Assembly: GCF_009557235.1 (NCBI RefSeq) | Contig: NZ_CP045650.1 | Span: 2,430,001 to 2,462,000 of the forward strand | Length of the DNA: 32,000 nt | Direction: 5' to 3' | From: Acinetobacter wanghuae | Lineage (GTDB): Bacteria; Pseudomonadota; Gammaproteobacteria; Pseudomonadales; Moraxellaceae | Part shown: piece after piece, positions 1 to 10,111 of the stretch | Position numbering within the stretch: position 1 is the stretch's first letter | Layout: each line of letters begins with the position of its first letter | Notes under the pieces: model-generated | The model's database searches: none | The model's input: the letters and a program-made list of their open reading frames with translations, nothing else | What the model was told of the DNA's origin: nothing | Translations under genes and position numbers: made by a program

Positions 1-1
1 T

Positions 2-871
2 TCTCAATATGCAAAAACCAAGTATCCCATTGTATTTTCACATGGTATGGCGGGTTTTATTCGCATTGGCACAGATCAATTTGGTATGGATTATTGGTAT
101 CAAATTTTGCCAGATTTGGCACGTAATGGTGCTAACGTGTGGGCAACCCGTGTATCCCCATTTAACTCATCTGAAGTTCGTGGTGAACAACTGCTGCAAC
201 AAGTTCAAGAAATTACTGCAATTACTGGCGCTAAAAAAGTCAACCTGATTGGCCATTCACACGGTGGTCCAACCATTCGTTATGTTGCGGGTGTTGCACC
301 GCAATATGTCGCATCACTTACAGGTATCGGAGCACCGCATAAAGGCTCACCTGTTGCCGATTTAATTTTGGCGGCAGAAGGTACTATTATTGAAAACCCA
401 TTGGTCGGTACGGTGAACTTTGTCTCTAAAGCCATTACTTGGGCACAAGGACTCGATCCAAAAAGCTTCCCACATGATGCCTTGGCAGGTGGTAAAAGTT
501 TAACGCTTGCTGGATCTGCTGCTTTTAACCAAAAATTCCCATTAGGTATGCCAACCACTGCATGTGATGAAGGTAAAGCGGTTGATGGCGGTATTTATAA
601 TTATACTTTCACGGGTACAGGAACTGTGACCAATATTCTAGACCCAGATTCAGCACTGAAAGTGACCAGTCTGCTCATCGATAAAGGTAAAAATAACGAT
701 GGTCTTGTATCTCAATGTAGCGCACGTTTTGGTAAAACGATTCGTGATAACTACAATTGGAATCACTTGGACGAAGTGAATATGGTGTTGGGCTTAAAAA
801 ATGTCTTTGCACCTGACCCAGTCGATGTTTACCGTCAACATGCCAATCGTTTAAAACTACAAGGTTTATAA
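2..871 (+). CDS. lipA: Triacylglycerol lipase, family I (5'-partial; the start lies left of the window)
   Basis: The frame of ORF 47..871 stays open back to nt 2, reading ..KYPIVFSHGMAGF (oxyanion-hole block). It has the GHSHGG nucleophile elbow, a C-terminal NHLDEVN His block and two Cys (TACDEG / SQCSARFG). Stop codon at 869-871. Confidence 0.85.
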   Translation, partial: SQYAKTKYPIVFSHGMAGFIRIGTDQFGMDYWYQILPDLARNGANVWATRVSPFNSSEVRGEQLLQQVQEITAITGAKKVNLIGHSHGGPTIRYVAGVAPQYVASLTGIGAPHKGSPVADLILAAEGTIIENPLVGTVNFVSKAITWAQGLDPKSFPHDALAGGKSLTLAGSAAFNQKFPLGMPTTACDEGKAVDGGIYNYTFTGTGTVTNILDPDSALKVTSLLIDKGKNNDGLVSQCSARFGKTIRDNYNWNHLDEVNMVLGLKNVFAPDPVDVYRQHANRLKLQGL

Positions 872-882
872 ACTTTACATAT

Positions 883-910
883 AAAAAATGCGCCCAAGGG
901 CGCATTTTTT
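883..910. terminator. Bidirectional rho-independent terminator between the lipase gene and rplS
   Basis: aaaaaatgcgccc-aa-gggcgcatttttt: a GC-rich stem flanked by an A6 run and a T6 run, placed between convergent genes. Confidence 0.7.
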
Positions 911-942
911 AACTCAAGATAAAACTTAACTTTAGCCTAAAC

Positions 943-1320
943 TTAAGAAGCTTTAACTTTACGAGCTGGTAATTTTTCACGAATACGTGCAGCTTTACCA
1001 GACAATTCGCGTAGGTAGTAAAGTTTAGCACGACGAACATCACCACGACGTTTCACTTCGATTTTAGCAACGATTGGAGAGTGAGTTTGGAATACACGCT
1101 CAACACCAATACCGTTAGAAATTTTACGTACTGTGAACGCAGAGTTCAAGCCACGGTTTTTGATTGCGATTACAACGCCTTCAAAAGCCTGAAGACGCTC
1201 ACGGTCGCCCTCTTTAACTTTAACTTGAACAACAACTGTATCACCAGGTGCAAAAGCTGGTAGATCAGTTTTTAACTGTGCGTTTTCAATTACTTGAACT
1301 AAAGGATGCTTACCGCTCAT
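943..1320 (-). CDS. rplS: 50S ribosomal protein L19
   Basis: [31 protein letters not shown]... is canonical L19. ATG at 1320 is preceded by GGAGA. The ORF-track extension to 1362 is rejected. Confidence 0.95.
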   Translation of the reverse strand: MSGKHPLVQVIENAQLKTDLPAFAPGDTVVVQVKVKEGDRERLQAFEGVVIAIKNRGLNSAFTVRKISNGIGVERVFQTHSPIVAKIEVKRRGDVRRAKLYYLRELSGKAARIREKLPARKVKAS

Positions 1321-1508
1321 GGGGTATCTCCAAAATATGCGAGTTAGAAGAGGTCTAATCATCGCTGGGTACAGAGGCTAACACGCTTATACCCAATTAG
1401 CTTTCCCTTTATGGTTGACCGCTTCAATGCATAAAGAGCCTATTAATAAATACTTAAATTTAATTTAAGTACAGTGTTCGAAGACAGAACTGATTACGCA
1501 GCAATGCC

Positions 1509-2243
1509 TTACAAATCTTTCAGCCATTTTTTCTGCTGCTTAGTCAACTCAACTTGTTCAACCAATTCAGGTCGACGTTCAAGTGTGCGTTGATAGCGCT
1601 GCAAAAACCGCCATTTTTCAATATTTGCATGATGCCCTGATTTTAAAATCTCAGGCACATCCAAACCTTCAAAATGATCTGGCTTAGTATATTGCGGGCA
1701 ATCTAATAGACCATCCACAAATGAGTCTTGCACATGGGATTGTTCATCCGACATCGCACCCGGAAGTCTCCGAATGATACTGTCCAATAAAACCATCGCA
1801 GGCAGTTCACCGCCAGAAAGTACGTAATCACCTATGGACCATTCCTGATCAACATATTTTTGGATCAAACGTTCATCGACCCCTTCATAACGTCCGCACA
1901 GCACAATGAGTCCATCATATTTGACAAATTCTTGTACCGCAGGTTCATTTAGGGTTTTTCCTTGTGGTGACATATACACCACAGGAACACGAACCGCACC
2001 TGCTTCACGAGCAAGCTCTTTGGCATGATGAATTGCTTGTGCCAAAGGCTCCGCCATCATCACCATACCGGGACCACCACCGACTGGACGTTCATCCACA
2101 CGTTTGTAATTCCCTTGTGCAAAATCGCGAGGATTGATGCAAGTGACTTGCATCAATTCACGTTTTGCTGCGCGTCCGCTAATACCAAAACTTGTAATCG
2201 CTTCAAACATTTCAGGAAAAAGCGTAATGACTGCAAAAAACAT
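1509..2243 (-). CDS. trmD: tRNA (guanine37-N1)-methyltransferase
   Basis: [17 protein letters not shown]..., GGGPGMVM and [11 protein letters not shown] are TrmD motifs. AGGAG RBS. Located in the rpsP-rimM-trmD-rplS context. Confidence 0.95.
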   Translation of the reverse strand: MFFAVITLFPEMFEAITSFGISGRAAKRELMQVTCINPRDFAQGNYKRVDERPVGGGPGMVMMAEPLAQAIHHAKELAREAGAVRVPVVYMSPQGKTLNEPAVQEFVKYDGLIVLCGRYEGVDERLIQKYVDQEWSIGDYVLSGGELPAMVLLDSIIRRLPGAMSDEQSHVQDSFVDGLLDCPQYTKPDHFEGLDVPEILKSGHHANIEKWRFLQRYQRTLERRPELVEQVELTKQQKKWLKDL

Positions 2244-2285
2244 CGCAGACTCCTCTATTTTCCGAATGCGTTCATCCTTTAAGGA

Positions 2286-2834
2286 TTAGTAATCTACGCC
2301 CCAATTCACGTAAATACGACCAGCTTCGAGATCAACACGTTGCACCACATCTTTATGCCATGGAATCATTCGCTCTTCGCCATCAATGCTATCTGGTGTT
2401 GCGCGAACAACCATCACATCATTGGCTCCTGTTTCAAACAGTTCAAAAATTTGACCGAGATTAATTTCTTGCTCTTCATCATCTAGACCTAACACGGTTA
2501 AGCCTTTTAAATCTGACCAATAAAATTCATCTACCCCTGCTTGAGGCAGTTGCGATTTTGAAATCCAAACATTTGCGCCAACCAAGCTATCTGCACCCGT
2601 GCGATCAACCACACCTTTGAGTGAAACAACCAAGCCTTTGCCATGTGGTTTCCAACGTTTTACATCTATAATTTGCCAACCTGCCTTGGTCTCAATGTAC
2701 CAAGGAAGATAATCAAATATATTGCTCATGGGTTCTGTATTGGAATAGACCCAGAGCCACCCATTTAATCCATATGCTGAACGTAACTGTCCAATCTGAA
2801 TACGATCTTCGGGAACATTCTGTGTTGGTGTCAT
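2286..2834 (-). CDS. rimM: 16S rRNA processing protein RimM
   Basis: Sits between rpsP and trmD and has a RimM-like IGQLRSAYGLNGWLWV N-terminus. ATG at 2834; the ORF track starts at a TTG at 2840. Confidence 0.9.
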   Translation of the reverse strand: MTPTQNVPEDRIQIGQLRSAYGLNGWLWVYSNTEPMSNIFDYLPWYIETKAGWQIIDVKRWKPHGKGLVVSLKGVVDRTGADSLVGANVWISKSQLPQAGVDEFYWSDLKGLTVLGLDDEEQEINLGQIFELFETGANDVMVVRATPDSIDGEERMIPWHKDVVQRVDLEAGRIYVNWGVDY

Positions 2835-2864
2835 GGGCAAGCTACTACCTAATTTATATAAAAA

Positions 2865-3122
2865 TTATGCAGCAACTGCAGCTTTTTTAGCTTGAGCAGC
2901 TAAAGAAGCAACACGTTCAGAAGGTTGAGCACCTTGAGAAACCCAATGAGCAAAACGGTCAGCATCTAAACGAAGTTTTTCTGCTTTACCTTGAGCTGTT
3001 GGGTTGAAGAAACCAATACGTTCGATGAAACGACCATCACGTGCATTACGGCTATCAGTCACAATGATTTGATAGAATGGACGTTTTTTAGCACCACCGC
3101 GTGCAAGACGAATAACAACCAT
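2865..3122 (-). CDS. rpsP: 30S ribosomal protein S16
   Basis: [41 protein letters not shown] is canonical S16. Confidence 0.95.
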   Translation of the reverse strand: MVVIRLARGGAKKRPFYQIIVTDSRNARDGRFIERIGFFNPTAQGKAEKLRLDADRFAHWVSQGAQPSERVASLAAQAKKAAVAA

Positions 3123-3267
3123 GATAGAACCTTATAGTTTTTACGGATTATCCCTGTATCGACCACCGATACACTTCAAACCCCTTTCATAGAGGGCAAC
3201 ATTTTACGCGAACTTTGCCCTGAATGAAAGATCAATCCTTGTTTGGCTACAATTTTGATTTTGACAA

Positions 3268-3714
3268 TTATTCATCCCAGCTAGAGGTTGAAGAAAGAGA
3301 ACATACTGCTGCACCTTTAACCCAACATTTTTCACCACGATGATTTAATGCCACCATACCAGTACTACTTTGAGAATTCTGTGGGGTCGCGACTAATGTC
3401 CATCCATTGCGGGTAACATTTTCTAACGTCATCTCATAAAACACTGTACCCTGACTTGGGTATTTCACAGTCATTGATCGTCCTAGATCAGCTAATGTCA
3501 TTGGAGTATTATTAATTAAATACCCACCTTTTACTGCTTTATATTTTTGTAGATCTCCGGCAATTATCATCATTTCGGCTTTTACTTCTGCGCGACTGAC
3601 TTTTTGCTTATACTGTGTATAAGATGGATAAGCAATTGCTGCTAAAATAGCGATAATAGCAACTACAATCATGAGTTCAATCAATGTAAATCCTTTGGTA
3701 TTACCAAGATTCAT
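3268..3714 (-). CDS. pilE: Type IV minor pilin, PilE-like (positional equivalent of A. baylyi comF)
   Basis: Class III signal: MNLGNTKG|[27 protein letters not shown] at 3714 is preceded by GGGGGG. C-terminal Cys pair (CWVKGAAVC). Last gene of the minor-pilin operon; overlaps the previous gene by 14 nt. Confidence 0.75.
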   Translation of the reverse strand: MNLGNTKGFTLIELMIVVAIIAILAAIAYPSYTQYKQKVSRAEVKAEMMIIAGDLQKYKAVKGGYLINNTPMTLADLGRSMTVKYPSQGTVFYEMTLENVTRNGWTLVATPQNSQSSTGMVALNHRGEKCWVKGAAVCSLSSTSSWDE

Positions 3715-4210
3715 AATCCCCCCCACAATCATTATATCCCTTTACAGCATCTATAGTTCTTGTCATACAGCGAATACCTGTACTTGATAGTAAAAGATCA
3801 TAATTCCGCGGTTGTTTTAGCGCCCCACTATGACTACTACGCTCCGCCTTGATCACCCAATTTTGCCCCAAGACAGTTGTATCTGTTAAAGGTTTTTTAG
3901 ACTCTTGATCAACTAGTGTAATTTTATACAATGCAGAAGTTGCATTGCTTCCAATAGGCAAATATAACTCACCTGTAGAAGCATCGTAACCTGAATATAA
4001 ATAAGTCGCATTAAACCCTTTATAGCTAAAGTTTTTATTTTTAAAGCGTTCCAGCTCAGCAGAAAGTCGTAAGACTTCCTGCTGAGCTTTTTTTAAATCT
4101 TTACGTTCTATATAAGTTCGATAATTGGGATAGGCAATTGCAGAAATTATTGCAATGACTATTACCGCTATCATCAACTCTATAAGGGTAAATCCATTAT
4201 TTTTTTTCAT
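3701..4210 (-). CDS. Type IV pilin-like protein (positional equivalent of comE; occupies the pilY2 slot of Pseudomonas)
   Basis: MKKNNG|[24 protein letters not shown] prepilin signal. Immediately follows pilY1. Confidence 0.7.
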   Translation of the reverse strand: MKKNNGFTLIELMIAVIVIAIISAIAYPNYRTYIERKDLKKAQQEVLRLSAELERFKNKNFSYKGFNATYLYSGYDASTGELYLPIGSNATSALYKITLVDQESKKPLTDTTVLGQNWVIKAERSSHSGALKQPRNYDLLLSSTGIRCMTRTIDAVKGYNDCGGDYESW

Positions 4211-4218
4211 GATCGACC

Positions 4219-7200
4219 CTATTGAGCTTCATACCAACGCAGCTGTTTTAGTTTTACAGCATTATCAAATAATTGACATTGAGGTAGATTCTTATTGACT
4301 GGCAATGCACAATCAACAGGCGTTGGATTATCACGATTCACAATTAAGCCCAACGTACTAATTTTATTGCCATACCCCTGGCCAATACCTGTACCCAAAA
4401 TACCTGCGCCTAGTTTTACACGGTTAGGTGATGTTGTACCTGTTGTATAGAAATCACATTTACCATAAGGTAAGCAATATTGATACAGATAAGAATCCCC
4501 TTTTACACCTCCGCCACAGCTTCCAGAGATACCTGTCCCATCCTTGTGGAATACATTGACATATAACATACCATCTAATGCATATATATCATTCATACCT
4601 TTATATGAGCCTGATGTACTTGAAAATGAATGTTTCCAACCAGCATTAAACATATTGCCGGTTTTTCTTGGTACAGCACCACCAATAGTTAAGCTTTTGA
4701 GTGTGTTTGCTTTAGTTGTATTTAAACTATAGTCGGCTGCATAAAGGTCTTTAGCAATAACATCATTATCATAAACAACAAAAACACCATCATTAGCACT
4801 TTGTGTACTATCTGCTAACGGAGCACTTCTATTTCCTGAACTAAATGCAACTGCTGCAAAAAGCCCTCCTGTGTCAGTATCCGTATGCACCGAAACACTT
4901 GGCATCTCATAGAAACGTGGACTTAAACCATTTAATTTATGCTCGGTAAACAATGTAACTGTACGTGCCCCGAATACATTTTTCTTGGCTTCATTAATCT
5001 CTTCTTTATCTTTGTTAGGATCTGTTTCAGTAGGTTGTCCAATAACAGGATTATTGTTTAAGTCTACTCGGAACGCTTGGCCTGCTAAATCTGCAAAATA
5101 GAGATGATCAGCTAGACCATCAGCATTACGGTCAATGGCATTAATTTGACTTACAACGCTGTATTGCAAATCACTATTTGCCGTAAAACGAATCTGACTA
5201 TCTGTCGGCGTGTCATTATTATCTACACTCGTCCACCATAGTAATTCTCCATTTTGAGCATCAAACATATAGACGCCAGCACCGATCTTATTGGTTTGTT
5301 GGTACGTTGGACACTCATAACCTTTGTTCGTTGCATTAGCGTCCTCAGTACAACTTACCGTACCTTCAGCATCATAACCACCACCTACAAACATCACGAG
5401 TTTTTTCGCACCACCCCAGTTTACATAAGCCAAAGTTGGTTTAGACCAACTTTGTCCCATACGTTTCAATGGCTGAGCGCTATTAGAATCTTCTGGATTA
5501 ATGTGGAACATCATTTCCGGATTCTGAAGATCCGTCAAATTTAAAGCATAATAGCTCTTGCCACCCATACGCAGACCACCATAAATCCACTGATGACCTT
5601 TTAAAGCTGCGCTTTCATCTTCATCAGTTTCTGTTCGATCGGAGTCTTTTACAGTGAGTAGACCATTTTTTGTTGTAGTGTATTGCGTATGTGCAACCCA
5701 AGGTGCATCTATGCCATAAAATAAATTTGACATACCACCTGTGGTTTTATCATTTAACAATAAAGCCTGTTTTTGATTCACCATCATTTCATGTGGCAAG
5801 AATCCAAAAACTTCATTACCTGTAGAAACATTAACTACATGCAAAATACCCTGTGTGCTGCCATACATTAAGTAATCTTTACGATTAGTGGTAACTAAAG
5901 CATTATTTTGAACAGAAACCTGCCCTTCTTGTGTTAACAACACTGGTGTCGAGTGCATTACAGCACCTAGACGCTTATCTGTGGCATAGGTACTTAAATT
6001 GGCTTTAGTAAAACCACTCGGCAATTCATTTAACTTATAACCTAAGGCATTTAGCCAATACAGTTTGTCAGAATCCCCAGCGAAAGCACCATCAAATAAT
6101 GCATCAACATCTACAACTTGCAAATCATTACCAGCTGATGCTGTCGAACCGGTAAGCGATCGATTGGTAAAAATTTTACGATGCGTGGTTACTTTTCCAT
6201 CTGTGAGAAAATCTGCGCCAACTTTTAATTGCCCTAAGACACCACCAGCCCAAAAGCCTTGTGCAGCGTCATTTAATGCACCATTAGTAGAGATTAAACG
6301 CTGTAAACCATCTGCAGAAAATAATTCACCATTTTTAATTCTATATTTATTTAAATTACCCATCCATATTTGGCTTACACTAGAAACTGTAGGTTGGAAT
6401 GATGCGTAATAAGCCTCGTTCTGCAGTGTAGTTGGGTTTAAAGCATCAACTGGAATTGTTGGTGTTCCTGTAGCAACAGGTTTAATATCTACTTCAACTT
6501 TTCGAACAAAGTCTAGAATACTGTTTCGAATATCATCAGAATTTTCAGCATAGTAGAATCCACCACCACCATATTCATCACTTCCCCATTTACACGCATT
6601 ATACGCATCCTTATTGTAACCAGTTGGATTCGCCCGAACTAAGGCTTCACAATCCTGCGTATCTTTTAAGTCTTCAAAAGATGAACCAAATCCAACAACT
6701 GCAGTTTTTATTGTCATATTACTTGGATTTTGGGTTTTATCCTTGAGCTTTTTAGCATATGCACCTATATATTCCCACCCACCTGTTTCACCATCAAAGA
6801 CACTCGCTTGAATAGTTGGAGATGCTAATATATTTGCTGTTGGCTTATTACTAAAACCATGGGAACCTAAAGTTAGATTCATAATAGTACGTGCCATGGA
6901 ATCTTTTGTAGAGTTTGGGGCACCATCTGTCAAAAAGTAAATTCCATTACCATCACATTGGCTTGTACTAGCACCTGCACGATATTTATCACCATCCTTC
7001 GAAGTAGCAACAGAGTGTGTAAAACCACCGACCAAATTATCCTTATTATCACTAGTTAATGAAAATGGGCTAGTGCGATAAGAGACCATATTTTTTACAT
7101 GATTAAGATGGTGACTCCAAACTTTCGCACCAATTGGTTCAATATCCATTGGTTCATGGTCTACTTTCATCCACCCTCCCCATCGCCATCCTACAGGTAA

Positions 7201-8469
7201 TGAACGATGTAAGAACCAAGCATCCGTAATACTACTCGTTGTCGCCCTGTATTTATTCCACAGATGGTTAATAACCTCTTGCTCATTTTTATACTGTGAA
7301 GGTGTTACAGTTATCCAACCACCATTCCCATCTGGTTTTTTAATGACCACCAATGCCCCTGGACCATTATTGTCAAAGAATTTCCCTGGGTATTTGCTAT
7401 CCATCCCCCTATTCCACTGGTTATCACAAAACATAGAGGTTGCACCTAAAGCCGTACCCGTATTTCCATCTAATCCCACACAAACGTAATACAATTGCTC
7501 TTGCGTATTTGTATTTCTAATTATAGAAGATCCATCATAAAGAACACCTAGATTTGATGGCTTTGTCAATTTCCCTGTCGTTGTGCCCATCATATAAGCA
7601 CCTGCTTCTGCATATGCATGCGCAGTAGGTGTACCACTAGAAGCTTTAAAATTATTTGGATACGTATTACTTGTTAATGTTAAATCATATTGAACAGTTC
7701 CAACTTTTGGTGCTGGGTTTCCATTCCCCATTGTCTTTGTATCTACTGATTCAATCGCTGCTAGTTCCTCAATTAAGCGCTTTCTTTGATCATGGGTTAG
7801 CTCTGCCACCGGTACTAAGATTTTTCCGGAATGACCGTCAACTAATTCTCGTCTATTTGAACCACTTGTACCAATTTTAATATCCGTCTTAGCTGAAAAA
7901 TGCCCTAAACCAATTTTCACATTATTATCAAGACTAGTATCAGATAACAATTGTATCATTGCATCTTTTAACCGAGATAATCTGTCAAACTTGCCTGTCT
8001 CAGATTCAATTAACTTACCCTTTTCATCTATGGTTGCGTCACCGCACCCTCTTAAATAATAAGAAATAGCTTGACCACCTACAGTAACTGTTTTTTTAAA
8101 AGCTGTTTTTCCTTTAGTATCACTACCAGCTCTAGTGTCTATAGCATTATAAACCCATTGTGTATAATCTATTGAAGGGTTAGAGTTATCTCCCTCCCTT
8201 TCTTTAACCGTATCTGGTTTGCATAACGATTGATTAACATCACCCGGACTACCAAACTTATTATTTTTTGGCAAAACAAGGGAACTTATCCCCATACTAC
8301 CTGAGGTATCAAGCATTAATAAAATACCTGTTTTACCTTTTTCAGAATCAGAGTAAATACTAATATCACTCGCTTGACTCATTGGAATGGCACTACAAAC
8401 CGTGAGAGTCAATGCAGTCGACACTGAAGCAGAAAATAATTTTTTTTGAAATGTCTTCATTTTATTCAT
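4219..8469 (-). CDS. pilY1: Type IV pilus tip adhesin / biogenesis factor PilY1 (ComC-like): N-terminal vWA domain plus C-terminal PilY1 beta-propeller
   Basis: 1416 aa. Contains a signal peptide, a MIDAS motif DTSGS (aa 54-58), later vWA blocks (SGTPTAHAYAEAG and IYFLTDGAPN), and the C-terminal calcium loop DRNADGLAD. Lies between pilX and the pilE-like genes. The start could instead be the second ATG at 8460, which has better RBS spacing. Confidence 0.9.
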   Translation of the reverse strand: MNKMKTFQKKLFSASVSTALTLTVCSAIPMSQASDISIYSDSEKGKTGILLMLDTSGSMGISSLVLPKNNKFGSPGDVNQSLCKPDTVKEREGDNSNPSIDYTQWVYNAIDTRAGSDTKGKTAFKKTVTVGGQAISYYLRGCGDATIDEKGKLIESETGKFDRLSRLKDAMIQLLSDTSLDNNVKIGLGHFSAKTDIKIGTSGSNRRELVDGHSGKILVPVAELTHDQRKRLIEELAAIESVDTKTMGNGNPAPKVGTVQYDLTLTSNTYPNNFKASSGTPTAHAYAEAGAYMMGTTTGKLTKPSNLGVLYDGSSIIRNTNTQEQLYYVCVGLDGNTGTALGATSMFCDNQWNRGMDSKYPGKFFDNNGPGALVVIKKPDGNGGWITVTPSQYKNEQEVINHLWNKYRATTSSITDAWFLHRSLPVGWRWGGWMKVDHEPMDIEPIGAKVWSHHLNHVKNMVSYRTSPFSLTSDNKDNLVGGFTHSVATSKDGDKYRAGASTSQCDGNGIYFLTDGAPNSTKDSMARTIMNLTLGSHGFSNKPTANILASPTIQASVFDGETGGWEYIGAYAKKLKDKTQNPSNMTIKTAVVGFGSSFEDLKDTQDCEALVRANPTGYNKDAYNACKWGSDEYGGGGFYYAENSDDIRNSILDFVRKVEVDIKPVATGTPTIPVDALNPTTLQNEAYYASFQPTVSSVSQIWMGNLNKYRIKNGELFSADGLQRLISTNGALNDAAQGFWAGGVLGQLKVGADFLTDGKVTTHRKIFTNRSLTGSTASAGNDLQVVDVDALFDGAFAGDSDKLYWLNALGYKLNELPSGFTKANLSTYATDKRLGAVMHSTPVLLTQEGQVSVQNNALVTTNRKDYLMYGSTQGILHVVNVSTGNEVFGFLPHEMMVNQKQALLLNDKTTGGMSNLFYGIDAPWVAHTQYTTTKNGLLTVKDSDRTETDEDESAALKGHQWIYGGLRMGGKSYYALNLTDLQNPEMMFHINPEDSNSAQPLKRMGQSWSKPTLAYVNWGGAKKLVMFVGGGYDAEGTVSCTEDANATNKGYECPTYQQTNKIGAGVYMFDAQNGELLWWTSVDNNDTPTDSQIRFTANSDLQYSVVSQINAIDRNADGLADHLYFADLAGQAFRVDLNNNPVIGQPTETDPNKDKEEINEAKKNVFGARTVTLFTEHKLNGLSPRFYEMPSVSVHTDTDTGGLFAAVAFSSGNRSAPLADSTQSANDGVFVVYDNDVIAKDLYAADYSLNTTKANTLKSLTIGGAVPRKTGNMFNAGWKHSFSSTSGSYKGMNDIYALDGMLYVNVFHKDGTGISGSCGGGVKGDSYLYQYCLPYGKCDFYTTGTTSPNRVKLGAGILGTGIGQGYGNKISTLGLIVNRDNPTPVDCALPVNKNLPQCQLFDNAVKLKQLRWYEAQ

Positions 8470-8477
8470 CTCCGACC

Positions 8478-9170
8478 TTATTTGATCAACTGCGGATTAG
8501 CACCCACGGTATAGTCAGCTTTTTGGGTGTTAAATGGGATATTCCATTGCATGAAGCAAGCTGATACTTCAGCAGCTCTTTTTCGAAAACAATTTTCAAT
8601 CTGAGTAGAAGTTGCGCTAGAAAAACTAGGTAAAACTGAAATTACAGTTGCACTAATATTATTTAAAACCATAGGAATACTCGTCAAAGAAGCCCCTAAG
8701 CTAGTGCCTTTTGGCACCAAAGACAGTGGATCAGCATTATTAATATTTTTTCTTAAATAAACCTGTGAAAGTACAGCAGATCGACCTGTGGCATATTGGG
8801 TTGCTTTACAAAAACCATTTACACCATTTTTTGTCGTACCACCTTGTGGATCAATCACGCTCGCATTTTGCATAGAAAAAAATGTAGATTGAGACGCGCG
8901 ATAACAAAATACCAATTCATCATCTGCATTATTTGCATCATTAAAATAACTATACATACCGTCAGCCGCGAGTTGTCGAGCCACTTGTTTGGGATCCTCT
9001 AAATTAAATAAAGCTGCATTCGAATTTTCTAGTAACAATGCTTGTACTTGACTATTAGTAGCTAGCCTCAAACCCAACACACCAGATTTGATTGCCCAAG
9101 TTCCTATTGAAACAATAAGAACCAACATCACAAGAACAATAATCAGTGCTGAACCAAGTTGACGTCTCAT
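8478..9170 (-). CDS. pilX: Type IV pilus minor pilin PilX
   Basis: MRRQLGSALIIVLVMLVLIVSIG is a PilX-type hydrophobic N-terminus. Its position between pilW and pilY1 fits. TAATG stop/start overlap with pilW. Confidence 0.75.
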   Translation of the reverse strand: MRRQLGSALIIVLVMLVLIVSIGTWAIKSGVLGLRLATNSQVQALLLENSNAALFNLEDPKQVARQLAADGMYSYFNDANNADDELVFCYRASQSTFFSMQNASVIDPQGGTTKNGVNGFCKATQYATGRSAVLSQVYLRKNINNADPLSLVPKGTSLGASLTSIPMVLNNISATVISVLPSFSSATSTQIENCFRKRAAEVSACFMQWNIPFNTQKADYTVGANPQLIK

Positions 9171-10111
9171 TAGAATGCTCCCAATGTATTTCTAAAACTT
9201 ACAACTTGTGTAATAGGCTGACGTAAGTATTGGCTATTTTTAGTATTAGGTTTTAATGTAATATCTTGACCCGCGATCTTATATGTAGCTTGGGTATTAA
9301 ATCTAGAATCACTACCTATAGATTCTGATGATGCAATTAATAGTCCGATTTCAACCGCGCCAATAGAATGATAATCCTGTTTATCTGTTACATCATCTGG
9401 CATCAAATTATCTAAGTATTCTTGAATGGTTACATATCTGAGTTGCTTTGCTGGATTTTTAACTAAAAAGCGAATCTTAAAAGCATCTACATTTTGTAAA
9501 ACCAGCTGCCCTTGTGCTCCCAAACCAACAACTTCAGTTGAGGTGGTCGTATAATAATAACCAGCATCACAATAAAGACCATAACGATCAAGAGCGCCTG
9601 GAATTTGCTGCTCATTTGGTAACTTATCTAGATAATAACGATACACATAAGTTCGACCAGTGATGATTTTAATACCTTCACAATCATATTGTTCATCCCC
9701 CCTAATATCGGGTACAAATTGAATAGTCAGCTGATCACTTGATGAACCAAGGGCTAAATTTGTGTCATCATTATCTAATCCAAATCTTGTGAAATACTTC
9801 GAGTCAGCTCCTGAACCCACCGCCGTAGGTAAATTACTTGCAGCAAAAATGACACCAGAACCAATATCTTTATTATTAATTTTTTGTTCAGAAGGGGTAT
9901 TTAAATTAGCATGTCTAATCTCATGCGCCATTTGAGCAAGGCCAAAATTAGCGTTCTGTTGTAAACTAGACATCCCTGACTGAAAATTCATTGATTTCTG
10001 AGCATTCATAAATAATGCTAATGCTGCGGCAATAATCAATAACCCCAATACCAAAGCAATCATTAATTCAAGAAGGGTAAAACCACGTTGTATTTTTTTG
10101 TAGTTAATCAT
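9170..10111 (-). CDS. pilW: Type IV pilus minor pilin PilW (ComB-like)
   Basis: MINYKKIQRG|FTLLELMIALVLGLLII prepilin signal. ATG at 10111; the ORF-track extension to 10144 is rejected. Overlaps the pilV stop by 8 nt. Confidence 0.85.
   Translation of the reverse strand: MINYKKIQRGFTLLELMIALVLGLLIIAAALALFMNAQKSMNFQSGMSSLQQNANFGLAQMAHEIRHANLNTPSEQKINNKDIGSGVIFAASNLPTAVGSGADSKYFTRFGLDNDDTNLALGSSSDQLTIQFVPDIRGDEQYDCEGIKIITGRTYVYRYYLDKLPNEQQIPGALDRYGLYCDAGYYYTTTSTEVVGLGAQGQLVLQNVDAFKIRFLVKNPAKQLRYVTIQEYLDNLMPDDVTDKQDYHSIGAVEIGLLIASSESIGSDSRFNTQATYKIAGQDITLKPNTKNSQYLRQPITQVVSFRNTLGAF

Noticed and set aside
9-248. A 79-aa plus-strand ORF at the left edge of the window.
   Set aside because: It is an out-of-frame overlap with the lipase reading frame, which carries the conserved lipase blocks.
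1321-1362. N-terminal extensions suggested by the ORF track for rplS. The same applies to fimU up to 11125, pilW up to 10144, pilV up to 10646, pilA up to 21956, pglL up to 18871, the YgcG-like gene up to 23769, rimM up to 2840 and ridA from 15676.
   Set aside because: In each case an internal ATG with a proper Shine-Dalgarno sequence yields the canonical N-terminus (a short prepilin leader ending in G|FTLIELM, a signal peptide, or a conserved protein start). Several of the longer starts are TTG or GTG with no RBS.
3192-3221. An inverted repeat, agggcaa-N16-ttgccct, between the pilE-like gene and rpsP, considered as a possible terminator of the pilus operon.
   Set aside because: The loop is large and no U-run follows on the minus strand. 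It cannot be distinguished from chance or from rpsP promoter-region structure.
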